From Nitrospirales bacterium (lineage in GTDB: Bacteria > Nitrospirota > Nitrospiria > Nitrospirales > UBA8639): 64,000 nucleotides of DNA. Numbering within the stretch: position 1 is the stretch's first letter; every line of letters begins with the position of its first letter. The notes under the pieces are model-generated. The model was given only the letters and a program-made list of their open reading frames with translations, searched no databases and was not told the DNA's origin. The position numbers were made by a program, and so were the translations under genes. Shown piece after piece: positions 50,572 through 60,735 of the stretch. The stretch is taken from assembly GCA_963555755.3 (NCBI GenBank), contig OY820905.2, forward strand, positions 2,752,001 through 2,816,000, read 5' to 3'.

Positions 50572-51300
50572 ATGAAGGGTGGTTTAACCAAATCCCAGGT
50601 TGACCGACTCGGGGACAAATTAAGAAATAATCTGCATAATGAGACAGACCTAAAATTGCTTGATGAATTTCGTAGATCATTTCATGAGGCGTACAAAACA
50701 GCAATAAATACTATACGTGATCGGACCAATATAGAACCCACTGGCAGACCAGCTAAGTCTACAAGTGCAATTATCGAGAAACTTAAACGAGAAAGTATTC
50801 GGCTCAGCCAAATTCAAGATATCGCGGGATGCAGAATCGTAGTGGCTACAATTATTGAGCAAAACGTGGTCGTCTCTTCCCTATACGAAGCTTTTCCAGA
50901 GAAAATTATAGTTGACCGTCGACTTAAACCCAGTCACGGGTATCGGGGAGTTCATATCATCTCCCAGATCAACGAAAAACCTATTGAAATTCAAGTCCGA
51001 AGCACTTTGCAACACCTATGGGCTGAATTTTCTGAGAAGTTGTCAGACGTTGTTGACCCCAGTATTAAGTATGGGGGTGGAGATGCTATAGTTCGAAAAC
51101 TGCTCCAAGATTGCACCTTACTTGTAGAGGAAATAGAAAGAATCGAATTAGGTATTGCGGGTCGAAAGAAGAAAAAATTAGACAGAAATAACAAAATTCA
51201 GTTGGAGGATTTTCAAGGCAATGTAGGAAAGATTAAAAACAAAATGGCAAAAGAACTCAAGAATTTTATAAGAGAATATTCAGAGTTATCGGAGCAATGA
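50572..51300 (+). CDS. Small alarmone synthetase (RelA/SpoT synthetase domain), CapRel/PhRel-like putative toxin
   Basis: TKSQVDRLG, RPAKS..AIIEKLKR, QDIAGCR, GYRGVH, EIQVRSTLQHLWAE, IKYG; AT-rich. Confidence 0.85.
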   Translation: MKGGLTKSQVDRLGDKLRNNLHNETDLKLLDEFRRSFHEAYKTAINTIRDRTNIEPTGRPAKSTSAIIEKLKRESIRLSQIQDIAGCRIVVATIIEQNVVVSSLYEAFPEKIIVDRRLKPSHGYRGVHIISQINEKPIEIQVRSTLQHLWAEFSEKLSDVVDPSIKYGGGDAIVRKLLQDCTLLVEEIERIELGIAGRKKKKLDRNNKIQLEDFQGNVGKIKNKMAKELKNFIREYSELSEQ

Positions 51301-51303
51301 GAA

Positions 51304-51546
51304 ATGATTTTTTTAATGGAATACGATCGATCAAAAGGAGAGTTAGTGAAATTCACCAGCTTCCAGGATGCTGACCGAACGAAAGCTGAAAATCTAAGGT
51401 TAAAGATTGAGATGGAGCTTCATAAACTTCATCAAGAACGAGAAATAGTATTATTAGAAGCTCCTAGTGAAGACGCCCTCCGTCGTACACATCGACGCTA
51501 CTTTGAAAAAGCAAGTCAGATAGGCCAGTCTGTGAGCGAAGGCTAG
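51304..51546 (+). CDS. Putative antitoxin/sensor resembling the CapRel C-terminal domain
   Basis: FLMEYDR...EIVLLEAPSEDALRRTHRRYF pattern; in frame with the upstream SAS, own GGAG SD. Confidence 0.7.
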   Translation: MIFLMEYDRSKGELVKFTSFQDADRTKAENLRLKIEMELHKLHQEREIVLLEAPSEDALRRTHRRYFEKASQIGQSVSEG

Positions 51547-51686
51547 CAATCTGCTCAAGCTGACTTTTTGAGCAGCGTATGGTTTAGAATGAATGTTGGG
51601 TGAGAAAAAATCTGCATAAATCCCCGTTTGATTTCCCATCTCCGCGCCCCGGTTTAAAAATTTGATTTGTTTCTTGCTTATCTCCT

Positions 51687-51882
51687 CCGCCTTCGGGCGC
51701 GGCGGAGCTGCGGTGCCGAATTCGACTATTCGGCGAGGGCTGTTTGAGCGGAGCGAGTTCCCGAGCCATTTAATTCGGCACCGGGGCGGAGTTCACCCGT
51801 AGGGACGCGCACGGGCGAAAATGGTTTTGGGTCCTTTTGCCGAAACAAAAGTGTCTCGTCGTGCCGGGGCGAAACCCGGCAT
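51687..51882 (+). repeat. Structured repeat family E, copy E4
   Basis: Same orientation as E1, inverted relative to E2/E3. Confidence 0.8.
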
Positions 51883-51950
51883 TAATAAAAACCAAACCAC
51901 TTTGTATACTGAGATGAAATTGAAAAAGATTGAGAAGGGAAAGACTCTAC

Positions 51951-51985
51951 CTCCCCTCACCCCTCCTTACAAAGGAGGGGGGAGA
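51951..51985. repeat. REP-like palindrome / possible terminator
   Basis: CTCCCCTCACCCCTCCTT-ACA-AAGGAGGGGGGAG. Confidence 0.45.
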
Positions 51986-52045
51986 AGAGAGACAGTTTTT
52001 TATAAAGGCCGAGGTTTTACAGGATAAGGCCTCAAAGGTTGAAGC

Positions 52046-52291
52046 TTAATCGTCGTCATCATCATCGTCGTCATCATCGTCGGCTTCCAGCGCTTCCTGC
52101 CGCATTTGCTCTTCCATTGCATTGTGAATCAACAAACGGAAGAACATCGAAATGACTGACCCTTTTTCCAGAGTCCCACCAGGTGGGACAGCAATCCGGC
52201 CTTCTTCCACCATTTTATCCAGCCACTTTTTTTGGTCTGGTGTCACGTGGACCGGTATTTCAATTAAGGGAATTCTCCCAAACATATCCAT
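52046..52291 (-). CDS. Small hypothetical protein with poly-Asp tail
   Basis: AAGGAGG SD; last gene after dapB; ends in a run of Asp codons. Confidence 0.75.
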   Translation of the reverse strand: MDMFGRIPLIEIPVHVTPDQKKWLDKMVEEGRIAVPPGGTLEKGSVISMFFRLLIHNAMEEQMRQEALEADDDDDDDDDDD

Positions 52292-52334
52292 GACAGAAAC
52301 CTCCTTAACAATTCCGTAAAAAAGAAATTAAATT

Positions 52335-53144
52335 TTATAATCCCAGAACATCAGCCATGCCGTACAATCCTGGCGGCTGACTCACTACCCATTCTGCTGC
52401 ACGCAAGGCTCCTCGCGCAAATGGGTCTCGATTATGGGCGCGATGCGTAATTTCAATTCGTTCCCCAGGCCCGCCATACAGCACGGTATGGTCGCCAACG
52501 ATATCACCGGCTCGAATAGTTTGAATGCCGATTTCTTTCTGTGAACGCTCACCAATGATGCCATGGCGTGAATACACGCCGGTTTCTTGGAGATCCCAGC
52601 CCTTGGCTGCAGCCAAGGCTTCTGCGAGTTTCAGAGCGGTTCCGCTTGGGGCATCCTTCTTCTTGTTATGATGCGCATCGATAATTTCCAGGTCATAGTC
52701 GTCGCCTAAGGCTTGGGCCACTTTCCCAATGATCTGGAGCAGCACATTGATCCCCACGCTCATGTTTGGAGCTTGCACACAGGGGATTAACTCGGCGTGC
52801 TCCCGAAGCTGAATCATTTCATCAGGAGAAAATCCTGTGGTGCCGATGACCATGGCGCGTTTGTGCTGGACGGCTTGAGTAAGATGGTTCAGCGTAGCAG
52901 TCGGTGAAGTGAAATCGACTACGACATCGGCCTGAGGCAGCGTCTTGGCTAGATCATCTATTAAAGTTACATTAAGATGTCCACACCCGGCCAAGTCCCC
53001 GGCGTCTTTTCCAAGGTCCAGGTGTCCTTTCGCTTCGGTCGCTCCGGTGAGTTGTAGGCTAGCCGACTCTTTGACAAGGGAAACCAAACGTTTACCCATT
53101 CGCCCGGCGGCTCCGGTGATGATGACTTTGGTTGGGGAAGCCAT
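52335..53144 (-). CDS. dapB: 4-hydroxy-tetrahydrodipicolinate reductase
   Basis: GAAGRMG, DFT, GTTG, HHNKKKDAPSGTA. Confidence 0.96.
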   Translation of the reverse strand: MASPTKVIITGAAGRMGKRLVSLVKESASLQLTGATEAKGHLDLGKDAGDLAGCGHLNVTLIDDLAKTLPQADVVVDFTSPTATLNHLTQAVQHKRAMVIGTTGFSPDEMIQLREHAELIPCVQAPNMSVGINVLLQIIGKVAQALGDDYDLEIIDAHHNKKKDAPSGTALKLAEALAAAKGWDLQETGVYSRHGIIGERSQKEIGIQTIRAGDIVGDHTVLYGGPGERIEITHRAHNRDPFARGALRAAEWVVSQPPGLYGMADVLGL

Positions 53145-53151
53145 AATGGAT

Positions 53152-54024
53152 TTAGATCAGTCCCGATTCTTTCATGACCTGACGAAGGCGTTCACGGTTG
53201 TCTGATGAAAGCGGTGTGAGGGGAAGGCGAAGTTCTGGATCGATTTTGTTCATCATGGCCAAGGCTTCTTTGACAGGGATGGGGTTGGTCTCATAGAACA
53301 AGGCGCTGAACAACGGAGCGAGTTTAAAATGATACGTGCGCGCTTCGGCAAAGTTCCCAGCCAGGGCGGCATTCACCAGGTTCGCCATGTCTTGTGGCGC
53401 CACATTGGCGGTCACCGTAATCACGCCTTTGGCCCCAAGCGCCATCATCGGAAGGGTCAGCGGATCATCCCCAGAAAGAATTAAAAAATCTTCCCCGCAT
53501 TGGTGAATGATCTCGGAGACTTGGCCGAGTGACCCACTGCCTTCTTTAATACCGACCACATTGGGTATTTTTGCGGTACGCGCGATGGTGGCTGGAGTCA
53601 TGTTCACGCTGGTTCGACTCTGAATGTTGTAAAGAATCAAGGGAAGATCCACCGCTCCGGCCACGGCAGCATAATGTTGATACAGGCCTTCCTGTGTGGG
53701 CTTATTGTAATAGGGCGTAATCAGCAGAGCGCCATCTGCGCCTACCTGTTTCGCCTGTTTGGTGAACGCAATCGCTTCATCGGTAGCATTTGATCCGGTG
53801 CCGGCGATGACCGAGACCCGTCGATTTACGATCTCCACGGTCACTGCCACGACGCGTTCGTGCTCCTCGTGCGACAGCGTGGCGGATTCGCCAGTGGTTC
53901 CGCAGGGGACAATGCCATGCGTGCCGTTGGCAATTTGCCATTCAATTAAATCGGCGTATGCTTGTTCATCGAATTTGCCGTTTTTAAACGGGGTGACGAT
54001 GGCGACGAGTGATCCGGTAAACAT
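53152..54024 (-). CDS. dapA: 4-hydroxy-tetrahydrodipicolinate synthase
   Basis: GTTGES, PYYNKP, LYN, GIKE, ETNPIPVK. Confidence 0.97.
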   Translation of the reverse strand: MFTGSLVAIVTPFKNGKFDEQAYADLIEWQIANGTHGIVPCGTTGESATLSHEEHERVVAVTVEIVNRRVSVIAGTGSNATDEAIAFTKQAKQVGADGALLITPYYNKPTQEGLYQHYAAVAGAVDLPLILYNIQSRTSVNMTPATIARTAKIPNVVGIKEGSGSLGQVSEIIHQCGEDFLILSGDDPLTLPMMALGAKGVITVTANVAPQDMANLVNAALAGNFAEARTYHFKLAPLFSALFYETNPIPVKEALAMMNKIDPELRLPLTPLSSDNRERLRQVMKESGLI

Positions 54025-54055
54025 GCGGTATCCTAATCTGTCCTTTTCAAAAGGA

Positions 54056-55315
54056 CTAGTTGAGAAATTCAGGAATCTGCTCTCCGAGTATCAGGTCTTC
54101 ATAACTTTCACGCTTACGAACAACAAAACTTTCGCTTTCTTTCACCAAAATCTCCGGGACCCGTGGTCTCGAATTATAATTGGAAGCCATGGTGAAGGCA
54201 TAGGCTCCAGCGCTCATAACCGCCAGGAGATCTCCGGCTTTGGCCGAGGGCATGGTTCGGTTTTGGGCGAGAAAATCACCGGATTCGCAAATTGGTCCGA
54301 CCACGTCATACACGTCTTCAGGCGCATTGGGCACTTGGTGTACCGGCAAGATATCATGGTGCGCTTCGTACAGGCTTGGGCGAATTAAATCGTTCATCGC
54401 CGCATCGACAATGGCAAACTTTTTCGCGCCGGTATCTTTGATGTACAAGACACGGGTTAGCAGGATACCGGCATTGCCGACGATCACCCGCCCCGGTTCC
54501 AGAATAATTTCACATTCCGATTCTCGAAGCAGGGGCGTAATGGCTTCGGCCAAATCCTTGGGATGAGGTGGCGTTTCGTCTGAATACGTAATTCCCAACC
54601 CTCCACCAATGTTGAGATATTGAATCGGAATTCCCTTGCTCTTCAGGGTGTGGATTAACCCCAACACTTTGGTTAAGGAATCGACGAAAGGACTGATTTT
54701 CGTCAGTTGTGACCCAATGTGTGCATGGAGGCCCACGACTTGGATGTTGGAAAGAGACGCAGCGTGTTGGAATTCCTCTAATGCCCGGTCTGCACCGATC
54801 CCAAATTTACTTTTTTTCATCCCAGTCGAAATGTAGGGATGGGTTTGTGGATCGATATCCGGATTAACCCGAAGGGCCACTCGCGCGCGCATTCCCATTC
54901 CCCTGGCCACCTCGTTGATAGCCTGTAGTTCTGCCGACGATTCCACGTTAAAAAACAGGATATCGGATTCCAGGGCATATTGAATTTCTTCGTAACTTTT
55001 CCCCACCCCCGCAAAGACCATCTTGTTGGGAGGAATGCCGGCTTTTAAGGCGCGAAAAAGCTCCCCGCCCGAAACAATGTCCGCCCCGCTTCCCAGAGAG
55101 GACATGAGTCGCAAGACTGCTAAATTGGAATTGGCCTTCATGGCGAAGGCGATGATATGTGGTACCGATGCAAAGGCTTGGTCATACGCTTGGAAGTGTC
55201 GAGTTAACGTAGCATGGCTATAGATGTAGCAGGGCGTGCCCTGTTCCTTGGCAATTCGTTCGAGCGGAATGTCTTCACAGAACAGGGAATCGTTGTGATA
55301 GTGAAAATGATGCAT
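54056..55315 (-). CDS. lysA: Diaminopimelate decarboxylase
   Basis: AMKAN (PLP Lys), HIGSQ, GGGLG, EPGR, GPICESGD. Confidence 0.97.
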   Translation of the reverse strand: MHHFHYHNDSLFCEDIPLERIAKEQGTPCYIYSHATLTRHFQAYDQAFASVPHIIAFAMKANSNLAVLRLMSSLGSGADIVSGGELFRALKAGIPPNKMVFAGVGKSYEEIQYALESDILFFNVESSAELQAINEVARGMGMRARVALRVNPDIDPQTHPYISTGMKKSKFGIGADRALEEFQHAASLSNIQVVGLHAHIGSQLTKISPFVDSLTKVLGLIHTLKSKGIPIQYLNIGGGLGITYSDETPPHPKDLAEAITPLLRESECEIILEPGRVIVGNAGILLTRVLYIKDTGAKKFAIVDAAMNDLIRPSLYEAHHDILPVHQVPNAPEDVYDVVGPICESGDFLAQNRTMPSAKAGDLLAVMSAGAYAFTMASNYNSRPRVPEILVKESESFVVRKRESYEDLILGEQIPEFLN

Positions 55316-55406
55316 CGTGTGGAAACTCTTCTCAATAATAGTTCGAAGTCAGAGTTGCTTAGGGTCCGCAAAGAAATAAGTAGTACCTTTATTTCTTTAC
55401 GAACCC

Positions 55407-55652
55407 CTATTGTGTGCCAATGGGTCGGAGTGGTGGCAAAGACACATTCTCCTGGTCGATGGGAACTATTTCTTTTTCACCGTTTTCTATTGCGTTTGCC
55501 TCAGCTTTTTCTTGCGAACGGATTTTGGCTTCAATCCCAATGTCTTCGGGGGCAAGCGGTGGCCCCACGACACCACAACTTTGCACGATGAATATCATCC
55601 CGCCAAAAAGCAGGGGAAAAATGATACGTTTCATGGTCAATGGAAATGTCAT
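55407..55652 (-). CDS. Small lipoprotein (LptM/YifL-like)
   Basis: Lipobox VQSC followed by GVVGPP; directly upstream of lysA; ATGA overlap with argH. Confidence 0.65.
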   Translation of the reverse strand: MTFPLTMKRIIFPLLFGGMIFIVQSCGVVGPPLAPEDIGIEAKIRSQEKAEANAIENGEKEIVPIDQENVSLPPLRPIGTQ

Positions 55653-57148
55653 ACGGAGGTTTTTTTCTTCAGACGCTGTTCCCAGGATTTTAACTGTCGA
55701 GCCACTTGTTTTCGAGCGGTTCCGCCAATTTGTGCTTTTCGATCAACGGCTCCCTCAACCGTCAAAAATGTCAAGGCCTTCTTGGTAAAGCGAGGAGAAA
55801 TAACCTGAAGATCCTCAAGAGAAAGGTCCCCAAGTTCTCGCTTATTTTTAATGCAGGTTTGCACCAGTCGCCCCACAATGCTGTGCGCTTCTCGAAAGGG
55901 CACGCCTTGTTGAGCTAAATAGTCGGCTAATTCCGTGGCCAATAGGAAGCCCGACCCTACCGCATTCTTCACCACATCCTGGCGCACACGAATTCGTTGA
56001 ATCAACTCCGCGTAAATCGTGAGCGAATCTACCACAGTTTGGAGGGCATCAAAAAGGGGTTCTTTGTCCTCTTGGAGATCGCGATTATAACTCAAAGGCA
56101 ATCCCTTGAGAGTCGTCAGGAGCGTGATGAGTTGACCGTACACTCTCCCGGTTTTGCCGCGGATGAGCTCAGGCACGTCCGGGTTTTTCTTTTGTGGCAT
56201 CATGCTGCTACCGGTACAAAATGCATCTGGCAATTCCACAAAGGAAAATTCTTGAGACGACCACAAAATAAGTTCTTCACTGAGGCGAGAAAGATGCATC
56301 ATGATCAAGGAGAGGACGCTCAGAGTCTCAGCCACATAGTCGCGGTCGGAAACCGCATCGAGGCTGTTCTGACTCAATGCGGGAAAGTCCAACAGTTTGG
56401 CGGTGAACCTTCGATCAATCGGATAATTTGTCCCCGCAAGGGCCCCGGAACCTAATGGCATGACATTCACACGACGCAAGGCATCGCTAACCCGGGTTTT
56501 ATCTCGTTCAAGCATTTCCACATAGGCTAGGAAATGATGAGCCAAGGACACTGGTTGGGCACGTTGGAGATGGGTATAGCCAGGAATGATGACGTTGATA
56601 TGCTGATTGGCCTGTTGAACAAATGCCGATTGCACGGCCTGTAAATGGCCTTGCAGCACTTGAAGCTGATCCCGCAAATACAAACGCAAATCGAGGGTGA
56701 CTTGGTCGTTCCGACTGCGTCCTGTGTGGAGCTTTCCGCCTAATGGCCCAATAAGTTCCGTTAAACGTCGCTCCACTGCCATATGAATATCTTCATCGCT
56801 GTCGGCAAAGGAAAAGCGATCTTCTCGTAATTCGGTTCGAACGCGGGTCAGGCCACGAGTCAATTTTTGACATTCAATACGAGACAGAACTTTGGCCTTC
56901 TCAAGAGTCTGACAGTGAGCAATGCTCCCTTGAATGTCGTATTCAAAGAGTTTTTTGTCCACAGGCAGAGAAGTGGTAAACCGCTCAACGACCGCATTGG
57001 TGGCCTCGGTGAATCGGCCTCCCCATGCTTTGGATGCCGTGGCCTTTGGTGTGCTGGGTGACAGAGAGGAAGACTTTTTCCGTGAGGTTCGTTTGCCCTT
57101 GGAAGAAGTTGACGCTTTCGTTTGAGGCATCTGATTGGGTGATTTCAT
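55649..57148 (-). CDS. argH: Argininosuccinate lyase
   Basis: [37 protein letters not shown]. Confidence 0.97.
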   Translation of the reverse strand: MKSPNQMPQTKASTSSKGKRTSRKKSSSLSPSTPKATASKAWGGRFTEATNAVVERFTTSLPVDKKLFEYDIQGSIAHCQTLEKAKVLSRIECQKLTRGLTRVRTELREDRFSFADSDEDIHMAVERRLTELIGPLGGKLHTGRSRNDQVTLDLRLYLRDQLQVLQGHLQAVQSAFVQQANQHINVIIPGYTHLQRAQPVSLAHHFLAYVEMLERDKTRVSDALRRVNVMPLGSGALAGTNYPIDRRFTAKLLDFPALSQNSLDAVSDRDYVAETLSVLSLIMMHLSRLSEELILWSSQEFSFVELPDAFCTGSSMMPQKKNPDVPELIRGKTGRVYGQLITLLTTLKGLPLSYNRDLQEDKEPLFDALQTVVDSLTIYAELIQRIRVRQDVVKNAVGSGFLLATELADYLAQQGVPFREAHSIVGRLVQTCIKNKRELGDLSLEDLQVISPRFTKKALTFLTVEGAVDRKAQIGGTARKQVARQLKSWEQRLKKKTSV

Positions 57149-58443
57149 TTTTGCCGCGAGACCTTCTTTTTACCCCCGGCTGGTGAGCGAACCGTGCGTC
57201 GTGTCTTGCCGGTGGCTAATCGCAGGGCATTGAGACGGATAAACCCATTCGCATCGCGTTGATCAAACCCTTTATCTTCCTCAAAGGTCGCGAGATCCTC
57301 CCGGTACAAAGAGAGAGGCGACTGACGTCCGGTAAGCATGCAATTGCCTTTGTACAATTTCAATCGGACAGTGCCGCTCACTCGCCGTTGGGCCTCATCC
57401 ATGGCCTTTTGCAACATCACGCGTTCCGGAGCAAACCAGTATCCGTAGTAGACCAGTTCTGCATACCGTGAGATGAGGCTATCTCGCACATGCAGCACCT
57501 CCCGGTCCATCGTTAAAGACTCAACGCCTCGATGGGCTACATGAAGGATGGTGCCGCCCGGCGTTTCGTACACGCCGCGGGACTTGATCCCCACATACCG
57601 ATTTTCCACTAAATCGACACGGCCAATACCGTGCTTTCCCCCGAGTTGATTAAGATGAGCCAGCAAAGTGGCTGGGGACATCCGCTTGCCATTCACGGCG
57701 ACTGGGTCGCCTCGTTCATACATGATTTCGATGGTCTGCGGTGTATTCGGCGCGTGCTCTGGCGAGACCGTCATCTGAAACATAGATTCAGGTGGCGCTT
57801 TCCAAGGGTCCTCTAAAATGCCCCCCTCGTAGCTTATATGAAATAGATTGAGGTCCATGCTGTAGGGTTTCGCTTTGGTGGCCGTGACCGGGATATGGTG
57901 TTGTCTAGCATACCGAATCAGATCCTGCCGTGAACGGAACGACCAGTCTCGCCACGGGGCAATGATTTTAATAGTGGGATCGACAGTCATATAGGTCAAT
58001 TCGAACCGAACCTGATCATTCCCTTTGCCCGTCGCACCGTGGCTTACCGCCTGCGCGCCTTCCTTTTTGGCAATTTCAATTTGCCGCCGTGCAATGAGTG
58101 GCCGAGCAATGGATGTGCCCAACAAATAGCATCCCTCGTACACCGCGTTCGCACGAAGCATGGGGAATACATAATCTTTGATAAAGGTCTCTCGAAGGTC
58201 TTCAACATACACTTTCGAAGCCCCGACGGCGACGGCTTTCTCTTTGATGGCCTGGAGATCTTCGGCTTGACCAAGGTCCGCACAAAAGGCGATGACCTGA
58301 CACTGATACTCCTCACGAAGCCACTGCAGAATGACCGAGGTATCCAGACCCCCGGAGTAGGCGAGCACCACTTTTTTAATAGGGTTGCCCTCAGATGCGG
58401 ACGAAGGCTTCTTTTTTGAGCCTGATTTCTGACGAGCACTCAT
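57145..58443 (-). CDS. argG: Argininosuccinate synthase
   Basis: [33 protein letters not shown]; start at ATGA overlap with argF. Confidence 0.97.
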   Translation of the reverse strand: MSARQKSGSKKKPSSASEGNPIKKVVLAYSGGLDTSVILQWLREEYQCQVIAFCADLGQAEDLQAIKEKAVAVGASKVYVEDLRETFIKDYVFPMLRANAVYEGCYLLGTSIARPLIARRQIEIAKKEGAQAVSHGATGKGNDQVRFELTYMTVDPTIKIIAPWRDWSFRSRQDLIRYARQHHIPVTATKAKPYSMDLNLFHISYEGGILEDPWKAPPESMFQMTVSPEHAPNTPQTIEIMYERGDPVAVNGKRMSPATLLAHLNQLGGKHGIGRVDLVENRYVGIKSRGVYETPGGTILHVAHRGVESLTMDREVLHVRDSLISRYAELVYYGYWFAPERVMLQKAMDEAQRRVSGTVRLKLYKGNCMLTGRQSPLSLYREDLATFEEDKGFDQRDANGFIRLNALRLATGKTRRTVRSPAGGKKKVSRQK

Positions 58444-59441
58444 GACCAGGGTCTTCCCAACCATTCCGTGAGAATGGCTTTTTGAACGTGAAGCCGGTTT
58501 TCTGCTTGATCCAAGACGGCAGATTGTGGGCCATCCAGCACGGATGCGGTGATTTCTTCCCCACGATGAGCCGGCAAGCAGTGCAAGACCATGGCATCCG
58601 GCTTCGCCACGGCCATCAGGGATTCATTGAGTTGGTATGGGGCTAACGCGGTTAGACGCTGAGCCTGCTCTTCTTCCTGACCCATGCTGGTCCAGACATC
58701 GGTATAGAGAACGTCCGCATTGCGAGCAGCTTCAATAGGGTCCGACGTAATGTCAATAGTCGCTCCGGTTTGCGCGGCTTCTTTTCGACTCGATTCAATG
58801 ATCGTGGGGTCGGGTGCATAATTAGGCGGGCAGCCAATGGCCACATGCATGCCGACTTTCGCACCGGCCTCGATGAGGGAATTGGCGATATTGTTTCCAT
58901 CACCCAGATAGGCCAGCTTCAGGCCCTTCAAGGAGCCCTTGTGTTCAAGGACCGTCAAGATGTCAGCGAGGGCTTGGCACGGATGGCTGAGATCTGTCAG
59001 GCCATTGATCACGGGAATCGTGGCATGTCGCGCCCATGCTTCCAACGTCGATTGTTCAAACGTTCGAACAACCAGACCGTCGAGATATCGAGAGAGCACC
59101 AAGGCCGTATCCGCCAGACTTTCGCCTCGGCTCAATTGAATATTTTCAGATGAAAGAAATAAGGCTTGCCCGCCTAATTGGTTCATCCCGGCTTCAAATG
59201 ATACCCGCGTTCTCGTCGAAGGCTTTTCAAAAATCAGCCCAAGCGTCAACCCGGACAGCCATTGCGACGCTCGCCCTGGACGTGGAGCCGCCTTCAATTC
59301 ACGAGCGATTTGGAGAAGTCGCAAGACATGATGACGGGGAACGGTCTCAAGCGTGAGCAAATCTTTCCCCAGCCCTCCGGAGGATGAGTCGGACGGGGAA
59401 GGGAGATGAGTCTTTGGAATCGATTGGCCGAGAATAGTCAT
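58440..59441 (-). CDS. argF: Ornithine carbamoyltransferase
   Basis: [29 protein letters not shown]. Confidence 0.97.
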   Translation of the reverse strand: MTILGQSIPKTHLPSPSDSSSGGLGKDLLTLETVPRHHVLRLLQIARELKAAPRPGRASQWLSGLTLGLIFEKPSTRTRVSFEAGMNQLGGQALFLSSENIQLSRGESLADTALVLSRYLDGLVVRTFEQSTLEAWARHATIPVINGLTDLSHPCQALADILTVLEHKGSLKGLKLAYLGDGNNIANSLIEAGAKVGMHVAIGCPPNYAPDPTIIESSRKEAAQTGATIDITSDPIEAARNADVLYTDVWTSMGQEEEQAQRLTALAPYQLNESLMAVAKPDAMVLHCLPAHRGEEITASVLDGPQSAVLDQAENRLHVQKAILTEWLGRPWS

Positions 59442-59541
59442 GGTGATTTGGGAACCGTAACGCGTGAAGCGTAAGGCGTTATGCGAAAGACTAAAGTACT
59501 GCTTTTACTCATTACGCATCACGCTTTACGGATCACGGGTT

Positions 59542-60735
59542 TTAGAGTCGCTTAATAAGGACGTCAGAGAGGACCTTTAACAGTTGATCAATTTCTTTTT
59601 GAGTCACGATGAGAGGGGGTATCAAGCGCAAGACACGGTCCATCGTGCAATTGATGAGCACCCTTCTGGTCAAACAATCTTGCACCACGGATTTTCCTTC
59701 AACGGACAGTTCGATTCCCTGTAACAAGCCAACCCCTCGAATATCTTTAATAAGCGGGATCCGGGCTTGCAACTCTTGAAGCCCTTTTTTCAAGTACGAT
59801 CCCACGGTGCGAATTTTTTCCAAAAGCTGACTGTCCAGCAACACGCGAAGCATTGCGAGACTGGCTGCGCAGGCCAGAGGATTCCCGCCAAATGTTGAGC
59901 CATGGGAGCCTGGTCCAAAGGCTTGCGCGACGTTATCCACGGCAATGCACGCGCCAATGGGTACGCCCCCACCCAGTCCCTTGGCTAGCGTCATGACGTC
60001 TGGCTGAATCCCATACTGTTCGTAGGCAAACATGGTCCCGGTTCGTCCGATCCCTGTTTGAATCTCATCGAACATCAGAAGGATTTGGCGTTCCGTGCAG
60101 AGAGTTCGCAGTTCTTGCATGAACGTCTGGTCCGCCACCACCACACCGCCTTCTCCTTGGATGGGTTCGACTAGCACCGCGGCAGTACGGTCGGTGATGT
60201 GGCTTTTGACCGATTCGATATCATTCAAGGTGGCGTAGGTGAACCCAGCCAGTAAGGGCGCAAAGCCTTGATGGACTTTGGTCTGGCCGGTGGCAGTGAG
60301 GGTGGCCAGGGTTCGTCCATGAAACGAGTTGTGCATGGTGATGATTTCAAAACGCTCCGGGCCAAATGTTTCCGTGCTATATTTTCGAGCCAACTTGATG
60401 GCGGCTTCATTAGCTTCCGCCCCGCTGTTACAAAAAAACACTTTTTGGCCAAATGACAATTCGACGAGTTGCTGCGCGAGCTGAACCTGAGGCTCGGAAT
60501 AATATAAATTCGAAGTATGAATGAGGTGCCGGGCCTGCTTCTCGATGGCGGTGACGAGATCGGGGTGGCCATGTCCAAGCGCATTGACCGCGATCCCGGC
60601 CACGAAATCCAGGTATTCGCGCCCTTCGGCATCGTAGACTTTGCATCCCTGCCCCCGGACGATGCTGATCGGTATTCGGGCGTAGGTTTGCATCAAATAC
60701 TGTGAGGAATAGCGTTCGAGTTCTTCAGTGAGCAT
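59542..60735 (-). CDS. argD: Acetylornithine aminotransferase
   Basis: NSGAEANE, FHGRT, EPIQGEGG, DEIQTG, LAKGLGGG, STFGGNP. Confidence 0.95.
   Translation of the reverse strand: MLTEELERYSSQYLMQTYARIPISIVRGQGCKVYDAEGREYLDFVAGIAVNALGHGHPDLVTAIEKQARHLIHTSNLYYSEPQVQLAQQLVELSFGQKVFFCNSGAEANEAAIKLARKYSTETFGPERFEIITMHNSFHGRTLATLTATGQTKVHQGFAPLLAGFTYATLNDIESVKSHITDRTAAVLVEPIQGEGGVVVADQTFMQELRTLCTERQILLMFDEIQTGIGRTGTMFAYEQYGIQPDVMTLAKGLGGGVPIGACIAVDNVAQAFGPGSHGSTFGGNPLACAASLAMLRVLLDSQLLEKIRTVGSYLKKGLQELQARIPLIKDIRGVGLLQGIELSVEGKSVVQDCLTRRVLINCTMDRVLRLIPPLIVTQKEIDQLLKVLSDVLIKRL

Noticed and set aside
51298..51300. In-frame TGA as selenocysteine
   Set aside because: Lies in an inter-domain position, no obvious SECIS-like hairpin in the AT-rich downstream sequence, and the second ORF has its own SD/ATG
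49011..51882. Classical integron
   Set aside because: No intI gene, and E repeats lack clear RYYYAAC/GTTRRRY attC ends; only a loose analogy is retained as a finding
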